The position numbers and the translations under genes were made by a program. 64,000 bases of DNA from an uncultured Verrucomicrobiae bacterium (GTDB taxonomy: Bacteria; Verrucomicrobiota; Verrucomicrobiia; Limisphaerales; JAFGQR01), in contig CAWBHS010000099.1 of NCBI GenBank assembly GCA_963788655.1, forward strand, positions 74,271 through 138,270. The letters are read 5' to 3'. Below are positions 1 through 10,730 of this stretch, one piece after another (within the stretch, counting starts at the first letter, position 1; the number at the start of each line of letters is the position of its first letter). The notes under the pieces were generated by a model, which was not told the DNA's origin, did not search any database, and saw only the letters and a list, made by a program, of their open reading frames with translations.

Positions 1-551
1 CCCAGCAGCCCGATGAACGGCCCGCCGGCCACAGCGGTGGACAGAATGATCATGCTTTTTTCCAACGAAATGGATTGGGCGCTCACCGCGCGTTCCAGGG
101 CCACCCGAACCGATTCGAAGGAGGCCCCGCTGATCTTGACGGTGTTGGCTCGCGCAAAGTAATCCGTCTCCGCATGCTTGGCGAGGTCGTCCGGATTCTC
201 GGATTTCACCGCGTCCACCTGGCTCACAATCACCGGATTGTTTTTCAGATGGTAGGCCAATTCCTCCGCCCCGGTGAAGTACACTTCGTAAGCCGGTGCC
301 CCGACGAACTCCTGCTCCTTGTTATACAGCTCCATGGGTTCACGCGTGGCCCGGTAGGCACTGAAAAATTTCCGGGCCATGGTGCTGGCCTTGATCAACT
401 GCCGGCCTTTGCTGATCATCACCGTCCAACTGAACAGGGAGAGGAAGATCAGCATGACAATGGTCATTTTGCCTTCGGTGGTCAGCTTGTCCACCGCGAA
501 GGAGACGGCGTTCGCAAACATCGGGATCAGGTCGTGCGCTTCCATAATCAT
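1..551 (-). CDS. MotA/TolQ/ExbB proton channel family protein (3' end outside window)
   Basis: Not in the ORF track. Translated by hand from ATG 551/545: MEAHDLIPMF...GKMTIVMLIFLSLFSWTVMISK (TM1)...LEKSMIILSTAVAGGPFIGLLG, the hallmark TM2 motif. Confidence 0.9.
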   Translation of the reverse strand, partial: MIMEAHDLIPMFANAVSFAVDKLTTEGKMTIVMLIFLSLFSWTVMISKGRQLIKASTMARKFFSAYRATREPMELYNKEQEFVGAPAYEVYFTGAEELAYHLKNNPVIVSQVDAVKSENPDDLAKHAETDYFARANTVKISGASFESVRVALERAVSAQSISLEKSMIILSTAVAGGPFIGLL

Positions 552-712
552 TAATCAGAGGTCACAATTCATTCGGTTCCGGTTTCTGGCCACGCGCACG
601 AACCACCACGCTTGCCCGGGGGGCTTGCGGCTCGGTCCAAAATTGCGGTGTCCAACACATCGTGAAATTTGAATCCAACTTAAGGATGAGCTGTGGCAAA
701 CCCATGGCAGTC

Positions 713-730
713 CCGTTACTTTTCTGTCAC
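713..730 (+). promoter_or_regulatory. Pho-box-like direct repeat CCGTTAC-N4-CTGTCAC upstream of the ExbB/TolQ gene
   Basis: Two 7-bp half sites at 11-bp period. Orientation is opposite to the exbB-like gene. Confidence 0.3.
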
Positions 731-868
731 GACGAATTGGACGATGGGACGGCCGATATTTGGTATTTAATGCCATCCTTGGCAACACGTTGCCAAGGTG
801 CTACCGCAGGCGTTGGGACGTAGCTTAAGACGCTAGCGCTGGCGCCGGCGCGATAGCGTCTTGGAGTG

Positions 869-1100
869 CGGCAACGTGCTGCCGGCATCTTGCCGGCAGT
901 TTGGAACGGCGGCTTCAAATAATGACCAATGCCCAATGCCCATCACTCCGGCATCCGCCTTTTGATTTCGGTAGGGTCATTGCGGACTTGGCCATTCTCT
1001 GGGACTTGGCCATTGGTCAGTGGCACCTCGGGCGCGCGCATTAGTTCGAGACTTGCTCTTGCACACGCTCTGCCGGCGGGACGCCGGCAGCACGTTGCCG
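869..1100. repeat. Composite REPIN-like element (family A REP pair) enclosing a heptamer inverted array
   Basis: Perfect 18-bp IR CGGCAACGTGCTGCCGGC at 869-886/1083-1100. Internal (AATGMCC)n...(TTGGYCA)n array at 921-1025. Confidence 0.8.
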
Positions 1101-1118
1101 GTCCATACTACACTTCCT

Positions 1119-1979
1119 CTAGTTTGCCGGAGAAGCCGGCTCGTCGCCCACCGCACAGGGATTGGCGCGGTTGCCCAACCGTTTCCGCCATTCGCTGGGG
1201 CTGGTGCCGAACTGCTTTTTGAAGGTGGTGTTGAAGATGCCGGGATGCCGGTAGCCAACCGCCAACGCGACCGTGGCGATCTTCTCACTGGTTTCCGCCA
1301 ACATCTGTTTGGCCTTGATCATGCGGATTTCCGCCTGTTTGGCGCGGAAAGACACGCCGACATTCTGAATGAACAACCGATTGAAGTGCCGCGGGCCACA
1401 GTTGCAACGGGCCGCCAATTCGGTGACGGAACATTCCAAGATTTCTGCCTCGGGCAGTTGCTGGAGGAGCAGCCGGATACGTTTGTTGGCCGGCATGAAC
1501 GTTTTGCCGGGCGTGCGCGTCTGCCGGCATTCGCGGTCGAAGAATAACGCGGCGATCTGGAGCATCAGACATCGGGCCAGCAGGCCCTGACGTTGTGCCA
1601 CCTGGGCCTGCAAGCGGAGAAAAGTGTCGGCGAGCGGATCCCCGGGGCGGAAGCGGCGCGCAACGGGCTTCTTCCGTGAGGGTAACAATTCCAGTTGCCG
1701 CAATTCGTCCAGCGTCAGCAGGCCCGGCAATAACTCGGGACAAAATAGAAAGAAGCTTAAGGTCGCGTCCCCCAGTTGGCTGGCACGAAATGTCCCGGGC
1801 CGGTGCGGTACTACGATCAAGGCATCTCCCTCATCCAACTCGATCACTTCCCCCGCTCTCAACCAATAGCCGCGACCGGTGCTCAGCCGCAGGAAGCACC
1901 AGCACGCAAACTCCGCCTTCCATTCGCCCGAAGGCGGGAGGTTCTCTTCATACAATGAGAGATGGCTTTGACGATTCAC
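1119..1979 (-). CDS. AraC family transcriptional regulator
   Basis: C-terminal double HTH (SVTELAARCNCGPRHFNRLF...IATVALAVGYRHPGIFNTTFKKQFGTSPSEWR) and cupin-like N-terminus. GTG 1979 is the likely start; the ORF is open to 2072. Confidence 0.9.
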   Translation of the reverse strand: MNRQSHLSLYEENLPPSGEWKAEFACWCFLRLSTGRGYWLRAGEVIELDEGDALIVVPHRPGTFRASQLGDATLSFFLFCPELLPGLLTLDELRQLELLPSRKKPVARRFRPGDPLADTFLRLQAQVAQRQGLLARCLMLQIAALFFDRECRQTRTPGKTFMPANKRIRLLLQQLPEAEILECSVTELAARCNCGPRHFNRLFIQNVGVSFRAKQAEIRMIKAKQMLAETSEKIATVALAVGYRHPGIFNTTFKKQFGTSPSEWRKRLGNRANPCAVGDEPASPAN

Positions 1980-2386
1980 TTTCTTTAGAACCCTGCGAAT
2001 TTGGCATGGGCAGGTTACACTGCAAGGGCAGCCCGGCGACATTTCGGCAACAAGCTGGTGACGAAGAGTCATCAGCCGGCCGGCGCGGTTGGCGGTCAGG
2101 TTATGAAATAGATGAGGATACGTAATCGGACACGGAAATTGGAGTGCAAGCTCAGCGATTGGCCGTGAGGCGGCATCGATTCGTCATCGGGCTGTAACAC
2201 CGTTTCTGAGTCGTAGGTCAGGAGCAGCGGCCCAGCGTCGGCGATCGATCCCGGTAGCTTTCAAGGCGCACAAGACCTTGCCTGACAAACGTCTGATGCG
2301 GACGGCCCGCCGCCCCAGGCCGTCGTCACCGCTGACTGCTTCGCGCCAATACCGGGCCGCTTGCGTCCCAGCCTCCAGCGACGAGA

Positions 2387-2426
2387 TTGTCACCAATTTG
2401 TCACCTAATTGACCTTTACGTGTAAC
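2387..2426 (+). promoter_or_regulatory. Tandem Pho-box-like repeats
   Basis: TTGTCAC(2387), TTGTCAC(2398), TTGACCT(2409), GTGTAAC(2420) at exact 11-bp period, ending about 46 bp before the porin ATG of a pst locus. Confidence 0.65.
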
Positions 2427-2472
2427 TTACGTTCCCTATGGTGTCACCGCGTAACTAATCAATCCTAATACT

Positions 2473-3876
2473 ATGAAGAACACAAAATTCACTTGGGCGG
2501 CGCTGGCCGCCGGATCGCTCGCGGCCTTGGGCAGTGTGACCACGGCATCCGCACAATCATCGGACACCTTGATCGACGTGTTGGTGGACAAAGGGGTGCT
2601 CACACTGGATGAAGCCAAACAACTGCGGGCGGAAGCGGATAAGGATTTTACGCGGGCGTACGCCGCCAAGAGCGGCATGCCCGAATGGGTCACGGCCTTG
2701 AAATTCAGCGGCGATTTCCGGGGCCGTTACGATGGAATTTATGTGGACAACCCGGCCCAGATTGACCGCCCGCGCTGGCGCTACCGTTTGCGGTTCGGTT
2801 TCACCGCGCTGATGTTGGACAACCTGGAAGTCGGACTCCGGCTGGCTTCGGGGAACGATGATCCGATTTCCCGCAACACAACCCTCAGTGACAATGGCGC
2901 GCCCAAACCAATCGGCATCGACCTGGCCTACGGGAAGTATTACCTGCTCAACCGACCGACGGTGGGCGGGTCCGTCACCTTCGGCAAGATGAAGAATCCG
3001 TTCCATTTTTCTTCGATGGTTTTTGACCACGATTACACGCCGGAAGGTGGCGCCATGCAGTACCAGTTCAATTTGAACCAGGATCCGGTCAAAGCCCAAG
3101 TCCTCAAGTTGAATCTCGGCGCGTTTGTGCTGGATGAACTCAAGGCCAGCAGTAGTGACCCGTATCTGCTGGGGGCGCAATTGCGATGGGAAGGCAAATT
3201 TGGCGAGGAACTGAAGCCGACCGGGTGGAATGTATCAGCGGGCGTGGCGTTTCTGACCATTCAGAATGCCAACCAATTGACCCGGAGCGCGGTGCCGAAT
3301 GTTGACACCGGGAATACGCGGATCCCAACGACCAAGCAAGTCGTGTCACTGGATCCTTCGGTCGGCGTGACCACCAACTCATTAACTTCCTACGAAACCC
3401 TGGCCAACAAATTCAATCCCATTGTCGCCGATGCCTCGGTTGGTTACACGCTGGAAGACTTCTGGATGTATAACGCACCATTCCCGATTGTGGTCGGGGG
3501 CGAGTACATGTACAACCCGGCCGCCGGCACGCGCAACACGGGCTGGAACGTCGGCGTCACGTTTGGCAAGGCGGGCAAAAGCCGGCGGTGGGAACTGTCC
3601 TACAATTACAAATATTTGGAAAGCGACGCCTGGTATGAGCAGTTTGTGGACTCGGACTTCGGCGCCTATTATGCGGGCACTTCGCTCAACGGAACCAAGG
3701 GCTATGGCGCCGGCACGAATGTGCGTGGCCACGTGATCTCCCTCGCGTATTCTCCGTTCAACTCGCTGACCCTGGCCGCCACCGCCTTTGTCACCGAACT
3801 GATCGACAAGCCGGCCGTATCCCATAACAACAGCGACACCTTGCGCGTGCAGGTGGATGCACAATGGAAGTTCTGA
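2473..3876 (+). CDS. Putative outer-membrane porin (Porin_5-like), probably phosphate-related
   Basis: Signal peptide, LIDVLVDKGVLT N-terminal motif, LKFSGDFRGRYD, amphipathic beta strands, C-terminal QVDAQWKF. Sits upstream of pstS. Confidence 0.85.
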   Translation: MKNTKFTWAALAAGSLAALGSVTTASAQSSDTLIDVLVDKGVLTLDEAKQLRAEADKDFTRAYAAKSGMPEWVTALKFSGDFRGRYDGIYVDNPAQIDRPRWRYRLRFGFTALMLDNLEVGLRLASGNDDPISRNTTLSDNGAPKPIGIDLAYGKYYLLNRPTVGGSVTFGKMKNPFHFSSMVFDHDYTPEGGAMQYQFNLNQDPVKAQVLKLNLGAFVLDELKASSSDPYLLGAQLRWEGKFGEELKPTGWNVSAGVAFLTIQNANQLTRSAVPNVDTGNTRIPTTKQVVSLDPSVGVTTNSLTSYETLANKFNPIVADASVGYTLEDFWMYNAPFPIVVGGEYMYNPAAGTRNTGWNVGVTFGKAGKSRRWELSYNYKYLESDAWYEQFVDSDFGAYYAGTSLNGTKGYGAGTNVRGHVISLAYSPFNSLTLAATAFVTELIDKPAVSHNNSDTLRVQVDAQWKF

Positions 3877-3939
3877 TTTCCGCGATCTGGTTGCCAAATT
3901 AGCGGAGCGCGCGACCTCCTGCGACCTCCGTTGCCGTTG

Positions 3940-3979
3940 CAAGCCGGGACTGGTTTAGTCCCGGCTTGTTTGTTTTTTT
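3940..3979 (+). terminator. Rho-independent terminator after the porin
   Basis: 12-bp stem CAAGCCGGGACT/AGTCCCGGCTTG followed by TTTGTTTTTTT. Confidence 0.85.
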
Positions 3980-4231
3980 GAGGAGGGCATTGGAGGCTTG
4001 GTCCAATTGTTCCAGTGTTCCCTCACCGGCGCGGCTTTGATTGGAGGGCATCGCCGAACCGAGCCACCAACGTGGGCGGGCGCAATGACCTTTTTGGGAA
4101 CCAAGGCGCGGATGCTTGTTTCCGATCGTGCCGTCAAACATTGGTCAAGTTCACACAATCGTCACCTGCCCGCCATGGGGAGTTTTCATTCGCGTACATC
4201 ATTAGGAGTAACAAATCGCAGCGAACAATAA

Positions 4232-5095
4232 ATGCAACACACTATGAGAACAATACAACACATCTTGCTGCTGGCCGCCCTGACCGCTGGAGTAGGTACG
4301 GCAGCCGCCGCGGACAGTATTACCATCAAAGGTTCGGACACCATTGTCATCCTCGCGCAGAAATGGGCGGAAGCGTACATGAAGCTACACCCGGACGTGA
4401 AGATCGAAGTCACGGGCGGGGGGAGCGGTATTGGCCTGGCCGCGCTGCAAAACCAGAGCACGGACATCGCCGATGCCTCGCGCCGGATGAAACCCAAGGA
4501 GATCGCCAATTGCGTGAAAGTGTTTGGGCGCCGGCCCACCGAGTACAAGGTCTGTCTCGACGGACTTTCCGTTTATGTGAATGAACACAATCCGCTCAAC
4601 GAAGTGACGATCTTCCAATTGGAACGGGTGTTCACCGGCAAATACAAAAACTGGAAGGAATTGGGCGGCGCCGATGAGCGCATCAATGTGTATGGCCGGG
4701 AAAACAGTTCGGGCACCTACGAGTTCTTCAAGGAACACGTGCTGGAAGGCCAGGATTACACCGCACGCACCCAAACCATGCCAGGCACCGCCGCCGTGAT
4801 TCAGGCGGTGGCCAAGGACAAGAACGGCATCGGCTACGGCGGGGTCGCTTACGGCAAAGGCACCAAGATTCTCAAAGTCAAACAGTATGACAATTCTCCC
4901 GCCATTGCGCCCACCGAGGAAACGGTGCTGAACAAGACCTACCCCATTTGGCGCTACTGCTACAATTACGTGAATCCGGCACTCGATCGCGGGATTGTGG
5001 CCGATTATCTGCGTTGGATTCGTACTGACGAAGGCCAAAAGATCGTCAAAGAGGTCGGCTATTTCCCGTTGCCGCCTCACATGCGGATCAAGTAA
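4232..5095 (+). CDS. pstS: Phosphate ABC transporter substrate-binding protein
   Basis: ITIKGSDT, VTGGGSGIG, DIADASR and RENSSGTYEFF motifs; signal peptide; operon context. Confidence 0.96.
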   Translation: MQHTMRTIQHILLLAALTAGVGTAAAADSITIKGSDTIVILAQKWAEAYMKLHPDVKIEVTGGGSGIGLAALQNQSTDIADASRRMKPKEIANCVKVFGRRPTEYKVCLDGLSVYVNEHNPLNEVTIFQLERVFTGKYKNWKELGGADERINVYGRENSSGTYEFFKEHVLEGQDYTARTQTMPGTAAVIQAVAKDKNGIGYGGVAYGKGTKILKVKQYDNSPAIAPTEETVLNKTYPIWRYCYNYVNPALDRGIVADYLRWIRTDEGQKIVKEVGYFPLPPHMRIK

Positions 5096-5110
5096 TCGTA
5101 ATGGAGGACA

Positions 5111-6385
5111 ATGGGCCCCGGCTGCTACGCGGCCACTTCCGGAGCGAAAGCGAATTCCAAAACCTGGCCTGTTCCCGCGCCCGCAATTAACCCAATCGTG
5201 AATCCTATGTCCATTGCTGCCCAATCACCCAAACGCACCGCCGACTGGAGCGCCATTCAACGCGGCGTCAAATCCCGGCCGGGTGAATGGCTGACGGAGA
5301 AGGGCATCCTGCTGGTGGCGCTCACCGCCATCCTGATGGTGTTCCTGATCTTCCTGTTCGTCGGCCGGGAAGCACTGCCGGTGGCGTTGAGGAAAATGAA
5401 CACCGCGCACAATCAGGAAATCATTCCGGTGGCGGATATGGACCAAGTGGCGCCGGAGAAGTTGTGCGCCTATCTGGATTTGAAACCGCAAGAACTCGCC
5501 TCCATGGATCCACAAACCTTGCGCATTCTCATGGAGGTCAAGGCCGAGGAATTGCAAGCCCGACCGGACGACAAGGATGCCCGGCTCAATACTGCCCGTT
5601 GGCAGTATATCCTTCATCCGCACCAGTGGACCGGTTACGATAAACCCGAATACATCTGGCAACCGGTTTCCAAGATTCCCAAGTTCAACATTATCCCGCT
5701 CATCATCGGCAGCCTCAAAGCCACGCTCGTGGCGCTGTTTTTTGCGGTGCCGTTGTCCCTCGGGGCCGCGATCTATGTCTCGCAATTGGCCCCTCCGAAA
5801 TGGAAAGAATACTTGAAGCCCGCCATCGAAATGCTCTCCGGCATTCCGTCGGTAGTGCTGGGTTTCTTTGCGCTGATCGTCATGGCCTCGGTCCTCCAGG
5901 CCATCTTCGGTTCCCAGTATCGGCTGAATGCCCTGGTCGCCGGTATTGCCCTGGGCTTCGCCGTCATTCCCGTGGTGTTTTCCATCTCCGAGGATGCCCT
6001 GACCAGTGTGCCGCGTAGCTACGTGCATGCGGCCCTGGCGCTGGGTTCCTCCCGGTGGCATACGGCTTGGCGCATCGTGTTGCCCGCGGCCATGCCGGGG
6101 GTGTTCGCCGCCGTAGTGCTGGGCTTCGGACGCGCCATTGGAGAAACGATGATCGTGTTGATGGCCAGCGGCAATGCCAGCATCGTTTCCTGGAACATCT
6201 TTGAATCAACCCGGACCATGACCGCCACCATCGCGGCGGAGTTGGCCGAAACCGTGGTGGGCGGCACGCATTACCGCATGCTCTTCCTGATCGGCGCGCT
6301 GTTGTTCATCGTGACGTTCCTTGCGAACATGATCGGGGATCTCGTCATGCACCGGTTGAAGAGCAGACTGGAGGGCGCCAAGTGA
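5111..6385 (+). CDS. pstC: Phosphate ABC transporter permease
   Basis: KPAIEMLSGIPSVVLGFF and LGFGRAIGETMIVLMASGN. GGAGGA RBS before 5111; alternative start at 5207. Confidence 0.95.
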   Translation: MGPGCYAATSGAKANSKTWPVPAPAINPIVNPMSIAAQSPKRTADWSAIQRGVKSRPGEWLTEKGILLVALTAILMVFLIFLFVGREALPVALRKMNTAHNQEIIPVADMDQVAPEKLCAYLDLKPQELASMDPQTLRILMEVKAEELQARPDDKDARLNTARWQYILHPHQWTGYDKPEYIWQPVSKIPKFNIIPLIIGSLKATLVALFFAVPLSLGAAIYVSQLAPPKWKEYLKPAIEMLSGIPSVVLGFFALIVMASVLQAIFGSQYRLNALVAGIALGFAVIPVVFSISEDALTSVPRSYVHAALALGSSRWHTAWRIVLPAAMPGVFAAVVLGFGRAIGETMIVLMASGNASIVSWNIFESTRTMTATIAAELAETVVGGTHYRMLFLIGALLFIVTFLANMIGDLVMHRLKSRLEGAK

Positions 6386-7407
6386 GCAAAGTTAAAATCC
6401 GTCCTGAATCGTTCGACACCCGGCTCCACAAGCGGCGCCGCTGGCAACGGATGCTGCTTAAGGATGAGCATCTGTCGTGGGACATCCGCCGTTCCGGGGC
6501 GAATATGCCCTCCACATTCTTCACCGGTCTGACGGGCGCGGCCACCGCGCTTATTCTGAGCATCCTGGCGTTTATCATCATCAACGTTGTCTGGAACGGT
6601 CTGGATGGACTTTCCTGGCATTTCATCTTCTCCGGTTCGGCCAACATGTTTGACGTAAACCAGGCCGGCGTGTTCCCGATGATCTTCGGCACGGCCGCCC
6701 GCGTAATTCTCATGACCATTTTCGTCATTCCCATCGGGGTCATCACCGCCATTTACCTGACCGAATACGCCGCCACCACCTCACCGATCACCCGCATTAT
6801 TCGTGGCGCAGTCAACAACCTGGCCGGTGTGCCGTCCATCGTGTTCGGTTTGTTCGGCCTGGGTTTCTTCATCAGTTTCGTCGGGGGCGGCCTGGACCAA
6901 CTGTTTTCGCCGGACAATCCGGAGCCCGTATGGGGCAAGCCGGCCATCATCTGGGCCTCGCTGACGATGGCGGTCATGACGCTGCCGGTGGTGATTGTAG
7001 CCACCGAAGAATCGCTGCGGGCGATTGCGCCGGGATTGCGCGAAGGCAGTCTGGCCTTGGGTGCCACGAAACTCCAAACGATCCGGCGCGTGGTCCTGCC
7101 GCAAGCGCTGCCCGGAATTCTGACCGGCGGCATTCTGGCGGTGAGCCGTGCGGCCGGTGAAGTGGCGCCCATTCTGTTCACCGGCGCTGCCTATTACATG
7201 GCCCACCTGCCCAAGTCGCTCACCGACCAGTTCATGGATTTGGGCTACCATGTGTTTGTGCTTTCCACCCAATCGCCCAACATTGATCAAACGCGTCCCA
7301 TCCTCTACGCCACCGTGGTCGTGCTGCTGCTGCTGACCTTTGCCTTGAACGTGGTCGCCATTTTCGTGCGGGCGCAAGTGCGCCGCCGCCTGCGGGCCAT
7401 GCAATAA
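6382..7407 (+). CDS. pstA: Phosphate ABC transporter permease
   Basis: [19 protein letters not shown] and [18 protein letters not shown] overlap with pstC. Confidence 0.95.
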   Translation: MSKVKIRPESFDTRLHKRRRWQRMLLKDEHLSWDIRRSGANMPSTFFTGLTGAATALILSILAFIIINVVWNGLDGLSWHFIFSGSANMFDVNQAGVFPMIFGTAARVILMTIFVIPIGVITAIYLTEYAATTSPITRIIRGAVNNLAGVPSIVFGLFGLGFFISFVGGGLDQLFSPDNPEPVWGKPAIIWASLTMAVMTLPVVIVATEESLRAIAPGLREGSLALGATKLQTIRRVVLPQALPGILTGGILAVSRAAGEVAPILFTGAAYYMAHLPKSLTDQFMDLGYHVFVLSTQSPNIDQTRPILYATVVVLLLLTFALNVVAIFVRAQVRRRLRAMQ

Positions 7408-7409
7408 TT

Positions 7410-8255
7410 GTGAACCTCAATTCTATGACGGCAACCCCAACCCATCTCGTTAAATTGGATTCCAAATTGACGGTCGCTCCGGCGGCGGACACCTCCGCCC
7501 ACGCGCCCTTGATCGACGTGAAGAACCTCTCCTTGTGGTACGGAAAGGACCAGGCGCTCAAGGACATTACCTTGTTCATCCGGGAACACGTCGTCAGCGC
7601 TTTTATCGGTCCGTCCGGCTGCGGCAAATCCACGTTTCTGCGCTGCTTCAACCGGATGAACGACCTGATCGACCACGTGCGGATGGATGGCGACATCCAC
7701 ATTGCCAGCCAGAACATCTACGGCCACGAAGTGGATGTCATCGAACTACGGAAGCGCATTGGCATGGTGTTCCAGAAATCCAATCCGTTCCCGAAATCCA
7801 TCTACGACAACATCGCCTATGCGCTGCGGCTCCATGGCGTCAAGGCCAAGTCCGAACTGGACGGGCTCATCGAGCAAAGTCTCCGCGACGCCGCCCTGTG
7901 GGATGAAGTCAAGGACCGCCTCCAAGCCAGTGCCATGGGATTATCCGGCGGTCAGCAACAACGCCTGTGCATCGCGCGGGCGATTGCCATCCGCCCGGAA
8001 ATCATTCTGATGGACGAACCCGCTTCGGCGCTCGACCCGGTGGCCACCGCGCGGATCGAAGATCTCATCCTGGAATTGAAAAAGGAATTCACCATCGTGA
8101 TTGTGACCCACAATATGCAACAGGCGGCGCGCATCTCGGATTTTACCGCCTTCTTTTACCTGGGCGAATTGGTCGAATACGACACCACCGCAAAGATCTT
8201 TACCAATCCGGCCAAGAAACAAACGGAAGACTATGTTACGGGACGATTTGGATGA
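7410..8255 (+). CDS. pstB: Phosphate ABC transporter ATP-binding protein
   Basis: [29 protein letters not shown]-terminal [10 protein letters not shown]. Confidence 0.97.
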   Translation: MNLNSMTATPTHLVKLDSKLTVAPAADTSAHAPLIDVKNLSLWYGKDQALKDITLFIREHVVSAFIGPSGCGKSTFLRCFNRMNDLIDHVRMDGDIHIASQNIYGHEVDVIELRKRIGMVFQKSNPFPKSIYDNIAYALRLHGVKAKSELDGLIEQSLRDAALWDEVKDRLQASAMGLSGGQQQRLCIARAIAIRPEIILMDEPASALDPVATARIEDLILELKKEFTIVIVTHNMQQAARISDFTAFFYLGELVEYDTTAKIFTNPAKKQTEDYVTGRFG

Positions 8256-8268
8256 GCAACGGGGGAAT

Positions 8269-8350
8269 GGGATGCCGGATGCCAGATACCTGACGCTGGG
8301 CACCAGATACTGAATACTGGCTACTGATTACTGATTACTGGCTACCGAAT
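8269..8350. repeat. Degenerate heptamer tandem repeat (GATGCCR, then TACTGRH units)
   Basis: ggatgcc ggatgcc agatacc ... tactgaa tactggc tactgat tactgat tactggc taccgaa, between pstB and phoU. Confidence 0.7.
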
Positions 8351-8411
8351 GTGCGATGCGCTATAGATGATTTGTGATGGCTAATGACTAACCTCTCACC
8401 TTGCTACTGTT

Positions 8412-9086
8412 ATGATTCACTTTGAACAAGAACTCGATACCCTGAAAGAAAAGCTCCTGAGCATGGCGGTCGCCGCCGAAACCGCCGTCACCCGCGCCAT
8501 GAAGGCCTTGGTAGAGCGCAACGACTCCTTGGCGGCGCGCATCAAGGAAGAAGACAAAATCCTTGACCAATTCGAGATGGAGATCGACGAACTGGCGATT
8601 GACCTGCTGACCAAGGCCCCGCTGGCCTCGCACCTGCGGTTGATTACTGTGGCCATGAAAGCCTCGCACGACCTCGAGCGCGTGGGCGATGAAGCCACTA
8701 CCATCGCCCGGCGGGCTCTGGAATTAAACGCCGAACCGCAGCTCAAGCCCTACGTCGATATTCCCCGTATGGCCACGCTCGCGCTGGAAATGCTCAAGGA
8801 CGCCATGCAAAGCTTTGTCGATCGCGATCCGATCAAGGCGCGCACTGTGATCCCGCGCGACAAACAGGTGGATGCGCTCAACAAGCAATTGTACCGTGAA
8901 CTGGCCAGTTTCATGGTCGAAAAACCCAGCAGCATTTCCCGGTGCCTGCACATCATGGTGGTATCGAAGAGCCTCGAACGCATCGCCGATCACGCCACCA
9001 ATATTGCCGAAGAAGTGGTTTATCTCTGCGAGGCCAAGGACATCCGCCACGACCCGGAAATCAAACGCGGCAAGCCGGCCTCGTAA
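8412..9086 (+). CDS. phoU: Phosphate signalling complex protein PhoU
   Basis: Two PhoU repeats, DLERVGD and SLERIADHATNIAEEVVY. Confidence 0.97.
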   Translation: MIHFEQELDTLKEKLLSMAVAAETAVTRAMKALVERNDSLAARIKEEDKILDQFEMEIDELAIDLLTKAPLASHLRLITVAMKASHDLERVGDEATTIARRALELNAEPQLKPYVDIPRMATLALEMLKDAMQSFVDRDPIKARTVIPRDKQVDALNKQLYRELASFMVEKPSSISRCLHIMVVSKSLERIADHATNIAEEVVYLCEAKDIRHDPEIKRGKPAS

Positions 9087-9093
9087 GCAACGC

Positions 9094-10086
9094 TCACGGG
9101 CCGCCGAGGGGAATGTTCACGTAGCCGCCAAACCAGAATTTCCCGTCGCTGTTGGCCCCGTCCACCACCGTGCGGCTGTAGAATCCAAACTGCCATTTCC
9201 GTTTGGAGGTGGTGTAATTGAAGCCTGCCTCAATCGCATCGCGGTTTTCACGCACCGCCACCGGATAATTGATGTACCGCGTGGCCGGATCGAAGCTGAT
9301 GTCGTCCCCCGAGGTCGTTCCCAGGTGCCGGTAGCCCGCCTGCAGTTCCCACCCTTTGATCTGTTGGAACAAGCCGGCCGCCACAATGTACTGGTCGTTG
9401 GACGTGGTGCGGTTCCAGCGAAACAGCGCGTCACCATAAGCCCCCAATCCCGTCCAGCCGAAATGTTTTCGGGTCAGCACTTCGGGCGCGATCGCCACCG
9501 AGCGGAGGCCGGGCGCAAACGGAAATCCCTGGCTGTAGGTGCCGGGCAGGACGGCCCCGGCGCGGAATGTCAACGTGGGGATCCATTTGGATTGGGAGCT
9601 CGCCTCATTGTGAATCTGGTAGCGCACGCCGAACGCCGTGTCCATCAGGCCACCGGTGGAGCGGGAATAACCATTGGGATTGTTGTCGTTCGAGAAATAC
9701 CGCCACCCAACGGTGGTATAGCCGAGCGCGAAATCCGCCGCCCACCGTTCGGTGATACCGTATTGGAGCGTCAGGTAACCCTGGATGGTGTCAACGCCAT
9801 AACGCTCCCCGTTTCGATGCCAGGTCACATCCTGGTATTCGTTTTTGACCCAGATGTGGTAGGCCTCGGATTCCTGGTAGAACGCCCCGACGACAAACTG
9901 ACGGCGTTGCGGCACGTCCGCCCATTGGGCAAATGGTGCGTGCGGGACGTTCTCACTGGCCCCAAGCGATGGGGCTAGCACCAGGCAGATCATTCCCGCC
10001 AGCCCTAGGAACCAGCGTCGCCCAGCCCGGCTCGTTGGCCGGGATAGTTTTCCGATTTCCGTTTTGACTCGTTTGTTCTGCTTCAT
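9094..10086 (-). CDS. Putative outer-membrane beta-barrel protein of unknown function
   Basis: Signal peptide, alternating aromatic/Gly strands, GLMDTAFGVRYQI...PTLTFRAGAVLPG resembling phenol-MetA/transporter-type barrels. Confidence 0.6.
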   Translation of the reverse strand: MKQNKRVKTEIGKLSRPTSRAGRRWFLGLAGMICLVLAPSLGASENVPHAPFAQWADVPQRRQFVVGAFYQESEAYHIWVKNEYQDVTWHRNGERYGVDTIQGYLTLQYGITERWAADFALGYTTVGWRYFSNDNNPNGYSRSTGGLMDTAFGVRYQIHNEASSQSKWIPTLTFRAGAVLPGTYSQGFPFAPGLRSVAIAPEVLTRKHFGWTGLGAYGDALFRWNRTTSNDQYIVAAGLFQQIKGWELQAGYRHLGTTSGDDISFDPATRYINYPVAVRENRDAIEAGFNYTTSKRKWQFGFYSRTVVDGANSDGKFWFGGYVNIPLGGP

Positions 10087-10615
10087 GATTTCTGACGGGT
10101 TGTTTCATTCGCCATCCAACGAACGTCCGCCCATGCCCCCCGGCACCAATGCCGTTTCGAATATTCGGTTCCAATGGCCACCTAGTGGAGCCGGGACGAA
10201 GCTGTATCCACGCCACGGCAGATTTCAACCAAAGAAGAGTTGAAGCATGAAGGGGTGAAACGTCGAAGAGTCGAGGTGGAGGAAAGGGGTAATTCCTGGG
10301 AGCGCGGATGCTTTTATTTGCGCGAAGGACCGTCAGGAGTGATGCCGACTTTCAATTTGTTCTAACACGGAGTTGCACTCTGCCCGGGCGTTGAAGGCTC
10401 CCAACGCCGCTGCCGGTACGGGCTAGGAGATGCGTGATAGTCTTGCTCACACGTCGAGATTCTTTACAGAGTTTGAAATTGTTCAAATCCTTTTGGATAA
10501 CTATGAAAACAGCCGCTGAACTGGCCATTTGCGTGGTTTTAGAGTTGGAATAGCTTACAGTTTTAGTCGGAAGGCTATTTCTTGAAATAGAAGTAAGGCG
10601 ACATCAGTATGATTT

Positions 10616-10628
10616 TAAATGATTGATG
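10616..10628 (-). promoter_or_regulatory. IHF-like binding site
   Basis: CATCAATCATTTA has one mismatch to WATCAANNNNTTR and lies in AT-rich DNA upstream of a sigma54 site. Confidence 0.4.
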
Positions 10629-10681
10629 ACAAGCGGCTTGAACACATTTAGAACGACGACAATTCAGGCTTGCATCGATAC

Positions 10682-10697
10682 TGGCACGCACTTAGCT
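10682..10697 (+). promoter_or_regulatory. Sigma-54 (-24/-12) promoter
   Basis: TGGCACGCACTTAGCT with correct GG-N10-GC spacing, about 33 bp before ATG 10731. Confidence 0.75.
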
Positions 10698-10730
10698 ATA
10701 AAAACCATCCTATTGCAACAAAACTTGGCT

